This document shows positions 27,481 to 32,000 of a stretch of DNA of 32,000 nucleotides, one piece after another. The DNA is from Haloquadratum walsbyi C23 (GTDB lineage: Archaea; Halobacteriota; Halobacteria; Halobacteriales; Haloferacaceae), in the NCBI RefSeq assembly GCF_000237865.1, contig NC_017459.1, forward strand, positions 1,650,001 through 1,682,000, in the 5' to 3' direction. Under the pieces are notes generated by a model, which did no database searches, was not told the DNA's origin, and saw only the letters and a program-made list of their open reading frames with translations. Every line of letters begins with the position of its first letter. Position 1 is the stretch's first letter. The position numbers and the translations under genes were made by a program.

Positions 27481-29490
27481 TCAGATTGCTTTCAATGCAT
27501 TCTCACCAGATTCATAACACCGCCCACTCATCAGTGCGGATTGAATTGCGCTTTCGACTGCATCAGGGCTGACATCATGCATGTCAACAACTTCATCAAT
27601 GACCGCTTCGCGAGTTGCACCATCACCGTCATCAAGTTTATTCATCATTGAAACTGCTGCTTGCTCAAGATCAACATCCTGCGTTTTATCTGAGTCAGCG
27701 ATATTTGTGCTTTCCGCGCTGGTCTCAGTTCCACTCTCAGTTTCGCCCTCATTACTCCTTGTCTCACCTGCAGAAGAATTGCTCTCAGTAGACTCAGAAT
27801 CAAAGTCGACCGTAGTCTCAAAATCGCCAAGATCACCAGAGCCAGCAGGGCTCGCTTCTGATATACCATCTACTGCGGTATCAGTATCAGTATCAGTATC
27901 AGATTCAATTGGTGTTTCATGAGGGTCACCGTCAGTGGAGCCGGTGTCAATAGACGCTGTCTCAGTTACGTTAGTAGTGGTATCGACAGATGTCTCTTCA
28001 TCGCTTGGATCCTCATCGGGTGCTGTTGGGACGTCTATATCGGCACTGCCAGGTGCATCAACTTCATTACCTGTTGAGAATTCAGTTACAAATTCGTCTT
28101 CGATTTCAGCCCGTTCATCATCATCGAGTTCATACATCTCCGTTGGATCTGCTGTTATATCATCATTAGTACCCGCAGACCCGGCAGTTGATTCATCTGA
28201 ATTGCCAGATTCGACGTCAATTCCTTCATCACTAGACATAATATCAGAGTTCGATGCAGACGTGGGTGCGGATGTATCCTCTGTATCTGTTGATATCTCC
28301 GACTCATCAACCTCGCGTTGAATTTCAGTCTCAAGATGTGTCTCAGTCGAATTAATATCCTGTGCAGTAGTATTAACTGTCTCAGTCATTTCATCGCTAG
28401 GTGCTGAGTCTTCGGTGACATCAGCAGATAAACTATCATCCGCAGTTGCGTTCTCAGCCTCTGTTGTTGTGACACCGTTCTCACCGTCATTCTTGGGAGT
28501 GATTGGATCAGACGTAGCATATTCATCTGGTTCACTCGCTGATTCGACTGTAGATTCACCGTCGGCAGCTGGCTGCACAATATCTGTGTCGATAGTTGCC
28601 TCCTGAGAAGGGGATGATTCTGTGGTAACTGTGGTGTCTGTGTCGCTTTCTATAGCTACGTTATCATTATCTACAGCGTTGTTCGTATCGTGAGCACTGT
28701 CTTGGATACTCTCACTCGTACTAGTTTGACTCGGACTCGGAGTCGGAGTCGAAGCTTGAGTCGTATCGATTGCTATCGATGGAAGTGCACCTAAGCTTGC
28801 TGCTCCAGTCTCACTCGGATTGGTATCAAGCGCTTCAACTGTTTCACGATTACCGGCGATGACTTCGAGCACTTGGATTACAGTTTTGCGGAGTGATTCA
28901 AGATAAAACTCAGTTGTCCCATAGTGATCAATTGCAAGTGCCATTCCTTCAGCGCGCGCTTCATCAACGCCGCGAGACTCAAGTTCATTTTCCAATGCAT
29001 CACCACGCACCGGCAATGATTGTGCGATATCCATTATTCCAATGCGGCGAAGCGTCGCCTGTGCGGCGCTTACTGCCCATCGATCACGCGTGTCAGTGTC
29101 GACTGCTGTGAGATCCTCTGGTCTGGCAGATGTCAACACCTGATCTGAGTCTTCTGGTTGATATGTCCGAGCCTTCCCAGTCAGTGCGACAAACATTGGT
29201 GGTGTTGCCTGCTCAAGGAAACTAGCTGCTGTCGGTTGATACTGACCTGCATATGTAACGAAAACACCCGTTGGGTCGGCAATTCGTCCACGTCGGAGAT
29301 CATCAGTGACAGACTCAACAGCGGTCAATGCTCCAACAGTAAATAACCGATTAATTCGCTCCCCAGTTGGTGTCACCACGTAATTTGGCGCTCGTTCGTC
29401 ATCACCCGCTGAATATGATAATGTTGCATCCTCAAACTCAGCCGCGAAGAGTCGATATGCAACTTCACGACTGTTCTGAGTGGTACTCAT
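27481..29490 (-). CDS. rpap1: RPA-associated protein (COG3390-type OB-fold partner of RPA1) with a very long acidic low-complexity insert
   Basis: There is a 4-nt ATGA overlap with the rpa1 stop. An ordered N-domain of ~225 aa is followed by about 385 aa of Asp/Glu/Thr/Ser-rich sequence and a ~60-aa ordered C-terminus. Confidence 0.75.
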   Translation of the reverse strand: MSTTQNSREVAYRLFAAEFEDATLSYSAGDDERAPNYVVTPTGERINRLFTVGALTAVESVTDDLRRGRIADPTGVFVTYAGQYQPTAASFLEQATPPMFVALTGKARTYQPEDSDQVLTSARPEDLTAVDTDTRDRWAVSAAQATLRRIGIMDIAQSLPVRGDALENELESRGVDEARAEGMALAIDHYGTTEFYLESLRKTVIQVLEVIAGNRETVEALDTNPSETGAASLGALPSIAIDTTQASTPTPSPSQTSTSESIQDSAHDTNNAVDNDNVAIESDTDTTVTTESSPSQEATIDTDIVQPAADGESTVESASEPDEYATSDPITPKNDGENGVTTTEAENATADDSLSADVTEDSAPSDEMTETVNTTAQDINSTETHLETEIQREVDESEISTDTEDTSAPTSASNSDIMSSDEGIDVESGNSDESTAGSAGTNDDITADPTEMYELDDDERAEIEDEFVTEFSTGNEVDAPGSADIDVPTAPDEDPSDEETSVDTTTNVTETASIDTGSTDGDPHETPIESDTDTDTDTAVDGISEASPAGSGDLGDFETTVDFDSESTESNSSAGETRSNEGETESGTETSAESTNIADSDKTQDVDLEQAAVSMMNKLDDGDGATREAVIDEVVDMHDVSPDAVESAIQSALMSGRCYESGENALKAI
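27878..27901. repeat. (GTATCA)x4 microsatellite encoding (Asp-Thr)4 inside rpap1
   Basis: The perfect hexamer repeat was read directly from the sequence. It is translated as DTDTDTDT on the minus strand. Confidence 0.9.
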
Positions 29491-30773
29491 GATGTCACCT
29501 CTTCAAGTACCGATTGCGCACGCGTCGCTGGATCATCACTTGTCTGTTCAAATTCAGCCGTCTCGAGATTTGCACCATACTCATCTACAGAGAGATTCCC
29601 GCGGATACGATACTCTCGACCGACGATAGTTGAGCGGATTTCTTCAGCAATAACAGACTTATCCATTGCTTCACGTGCGACTGACATTGCTTCATCCATA
29701 CTTCCACCATAGACAGACTCGGTCAATTCGCGATCAAGAATCGCAGTGACGGCGCCGGTCCCGTCGTCAACGATTGCTTTGACTCGCATATCGTCTTTCG
29801 CTTCGACAGCCCCATGTTCGCGACACTGACCACCCTGAAGCGCACGATTACACTCTGGGCATCGCTCAATCAATCCTGAGCCCTCACGAACCTCCAGAAC
29901 GGTCGCAATAATCTCAACATCAAACACACCACCGGAATCAACTGCCTCACCGATTTCGACTTGTTTGGCATCGTCGGTAATCTCAATATCTTCCGATAGT
30001 GACTCGACCGTGGTAAATGTTGAGAGATTGACTTGTGGGGCTCCACGGAACTCACGTATATACACATCATCAAACCGGTATGTCTCACCAGATGAAAGGA
30101 TCGACCGCGCTCCCCAATCAGTGAATGGCAATCGTCCGGACCCATCAGCAATCACACCGGAGTGAATCGTTGTTTCTCCGTCTCGTCCATCGATCACACG
30201 CTCTTCAATCTCGATGATTTCAACATCGACAACCCGTCCTCGATTACCAGGTCGTAATTCAAGAAGTGAGCTATGACCACCGATCGGACACGGCAGATCA
30301 TGTTCAACAACCGATATGGAATCGGTCTCAACAGCAACCGTTGAGGACTGTCCAATATTCAGTTCTGGTTGCCCATCCCACTCACGAACACCAGCGTTAC
30401 CGATTGTAACTGAATCGCCTGGCTCAAATCCGAAATCCTGCCACGCAGTATATGAGATTGTGCCTGTCTCATCAGCGAGGATCCCCTCACGGATCACTTG
30501 TTCATCACCTTGATACTGGATTGTCCGACAGCCAACTGTGATGACACGAACGGTGACAGTCACGTTTCCATCATCTATGTCAACCGCATCAACATCCTTT
30601 GTTGACGGCACAGCAGCATTACCAGTGTCACTTCCATACTTTCGGCGAATACTTTGCACGGCCTCGTCAACCGGAACGCTGTATGCAACGAGGTTTTCTA
30701 AGTCTGATTTGACCTCCGTTTTGTCAACACCGAGGGTGGAGGCAAGTTCCTCAGCGTGATCGTCTACGTCCAT
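29487..30773 (-). CDS. rpa1: replication protein A (ssDNA-binding, multiple OB folds plus a zinc finger)
   Basis: It has repeated OB-fold modules and the zinc finger CPECNRALQGGQCREHG. I prefer the ATG at 30773 (MDVDDHAEEL...), which lies 27 nt downstream of a TATA-like box. The ORF-track start is at 30827. Confidence 0.85.
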   Translation of the reverse strand: MDVDDHAEELASTLGVDKTEVKSDLENLVAYSVPVDEAVQSIRRKYGSDTGNAAVPSTKDVDAVDIDDGNVTVTVRVITVGCRTIQYQGDEQVIREGILADETGTISYTAWQDFGFEPGDSVTIGNAGVREWDGQPELNIGQSSTVAVETDSISVVEHDLPCPIGGHSSLLELRPGNRGRVVDVEIIEIEERVIDGRDGETTIHSGVIADGSGRLPFTDWGARSILSSGETYRFDDVYIREFRGAPQVNLSTFTTVESLSEDIEITDDAKQVEIGEAVDSGGVFDVEIIATVLEVREGSGLIERCPECNRALQGGQCREHGAVEAKDDMRVKAIVDDGTGAVTAILDRELTESVYGGSMDEAMSVAREAMDKSVIAEEIRSTIVGREYRIRGNLSVDEYGANLETAEFEQTSDDPATRAQSVLEEVTS

Positions 30774-30794
30774 TGGTGTATACTTAGAACCGCC

Positions 30795-30805
30795 TATAAT
30801 AAAAA
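30795..30805 (-). promoter_or_regulatory. TATA-box-like element for the rpa1 operon
   Basis: The minus strand reads TTTTTATTATA, centred about 27 nt upstream of the ATG at 30773. This is consistent with a leaderless transcript. Confidence 0.4.
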
Positions 30806-30926
30806 GCGTTCCCGCAGATACCATCATATCGTATGCTATATGTGATGTATTATATATTATATGACATATATTGAGTATCCGCTCGATTCACCATAGGCTT
30901 TTGACGTGTGACACCTCTTTTCTAGT

Positions 30927-32000
30927 ATGTCGTCTCGAACGATAGACCGGACACAACTCGCATGGTGGGTTATTGGATTCGCACTCGCTGGCGCTTTGAT
31001 ATTTGTCGTCTATTCGTTCATTGGAACAATCGTTTTTGGGCTATTCTTTTATTATGCGACGCGCCCGCTTTATCAACGAATTAACCGACAAATCGGTCCA
31101 CCAAGCCTGGCGGCTGCTATTGCACTATTATTACTGGCACTTCCAGCATTCTTATTAGTGTTATATACAGCAGCGATTGCAGCAAATGAATTGATTAAGC
31201 TCACAAATCAAACGCTCGTTCAACTCGTTGATTCACCAATTACCTCCCAACAACTAGCACAAATTACTGATATTGAGCGGCTTATTCAGATTGAATTGAC
31301 TCAATTAACGCCTGATCAGATTCGGCGTGTTTTCAGCTCGCTCGGGTCAGCAGGAAACTTCCTCTCAGTCATTGGCGTTGGGCTTGTTCATTTGTTTGTG
31401 ATGATTGCGCTTGCATTCTATCTCCTACGGGATGATCATCAACTCTCACGGTGGGTACGGAGCCGTTTTGGTGATGAACGTGGCGTTCTTGAGACGTATC
31501 TTGATGCAGTTGATAATGATTTCACAAGCATCTTTTTCGGTAATATTCTCAACGCAGTAATTACCGGAACGATTGGTGTATTAGCATACTCAATCTTAAA
31601 TATCACTGCACCAGCGGGGGTCGCTATTCCAGCAGCAGCGTTATTAGGTCTTGTCGCAGGGGTTGCAAGTCTTATTCCCGTTGTTGGAATGAAACTTGTC
31701 TACGTTCCAGTGGCTGTATACTTAGCTGTGACATCGTATTTCACAAATCCAGAAACACTTTGGTTTACGGCGAGCTTCGTTGCTGTCTCGCTCATTATTG
31801 TCGATACCATCCCTGACCTCGTGCTTCGACCATATGTCTCAGGGCGGCGACTTCATGTCGGTGCGGTGATGGTCGCATACACGTTTGGTCCGCTTTTGTT
31901 TGGATGGTATGGTATTTTCCTTGCACCGATTATTCTTGTATTGGTCGTCAACTTTGCGCTGTACGTGCTTCCAACACTCATTTCACGTGAGCAAATACGT
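30927..32000 (+). CDS. AI-2E family transporter (PerM/UPF0118), 3'-truncated by the window edge
   Basis: It is not in the ORF track because there is no stop in the window. My translation begins MSSRTIDRTQLAWWVIGFALAGALIFVVYSF...YYATRPLY. It continues ...FYLLRDDHQL..W and ...GLVAGVASLIPVVG, then ...DLVLRPYVSGRRLHV, which together are typical AI-2E family landmarks. The frame stays open for 358 codons to position 32000. Confidence 0.8.
   Translation, partial: MSSRTIDRTQLAWWVIGFALAGALIFVVYSFIGTIVFGLFFYYATRPLYQRINRQIGPPSLAAAIALLLLALPAFLLVLYTAAIAANELIKLTNQTLVQLVDSPITSQQLAQITDIERLIQIELTQLTPDQIRRVFSSLGSAGNFLSVIGVGLVHLFVMIALAFYLLRDDHQLSRWVRSRFGDERGVLETYLDAVDNDFTSIFFGNILNAVITGTIGVLAYSILNITAPAGVAIPAAALLGLVAGVASLIPVVGMKLVYVPVAVYLAVTSYFTNPETLWFTASFVAVSLIIVDTIPDLVLRPYVSGRRLHVGAVMVAYTFGPLLFGWYGIFLAPIILVLVVNFALYVLPTLISREQIR

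Overview
This window reads as chromosomal DNA from a low-GC haloarchaeon with an acidic proteome, probably Haloquadratum-like. That assignment is an inference from four things: Asp/Glu/Thr-rich proteins, (Asp-Thr)n tracts, an intron-containing tRNA-Trp, and an rpa1-rpap1-rpe operon.

Most of the content is housekeeping:
- Nucleotide and lipid-related enzymes: glycerophosphodiester phosphodiesterase, an SDR reductase, a carotenoid-cleavage-type oxygenase, IMP dehydrogenase and a Nudix hydrolase.
- CoA-ester metabolism: acyl-CoA dehydrogenase, enoyl-CoA hydratase, methylmalonyl-CoA mutase large subunit, methylmalonyl-CoA epimerase and a MenE-like AMP-dependent ligase.
- Information processing: TFS, TrmI, NAC and the RPA1/RPAP1/Rpe ssDNA-binding operon.
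- Membrane proteins, including a 3'-truncated AI-2E family transporter.
- Several haloarchaeal conserved hypotheticals.

RNA content is one tRNA-Trp(CCA) with a 105-nt intron. The two guide segments in that intron obey the box C/D N+5 rule for C34 and U39.

The non-genic highlights are four full copies and one fragment of a ~400-nt non-autonomous element with IS200/IS605-style end hairpins. Two copies still carry a decayed TnpB C-terminal coding remnant. The copies sit as inverted pairs around an AT-rich cassette downstream of tRNA-Trp and around the epimerase gene. There are also several hexa- and heptanucleotide microsatellites.

I did not recognise a convincing new multi-gene system: there is no CRISPR array, no integrase, no full transposase and no defence-like operon. 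The most unusual material is the MITE/omega-RNA-like element set and the cassette it brackets. All homology calls come from motif recognition by eye; no searches or computations were run.
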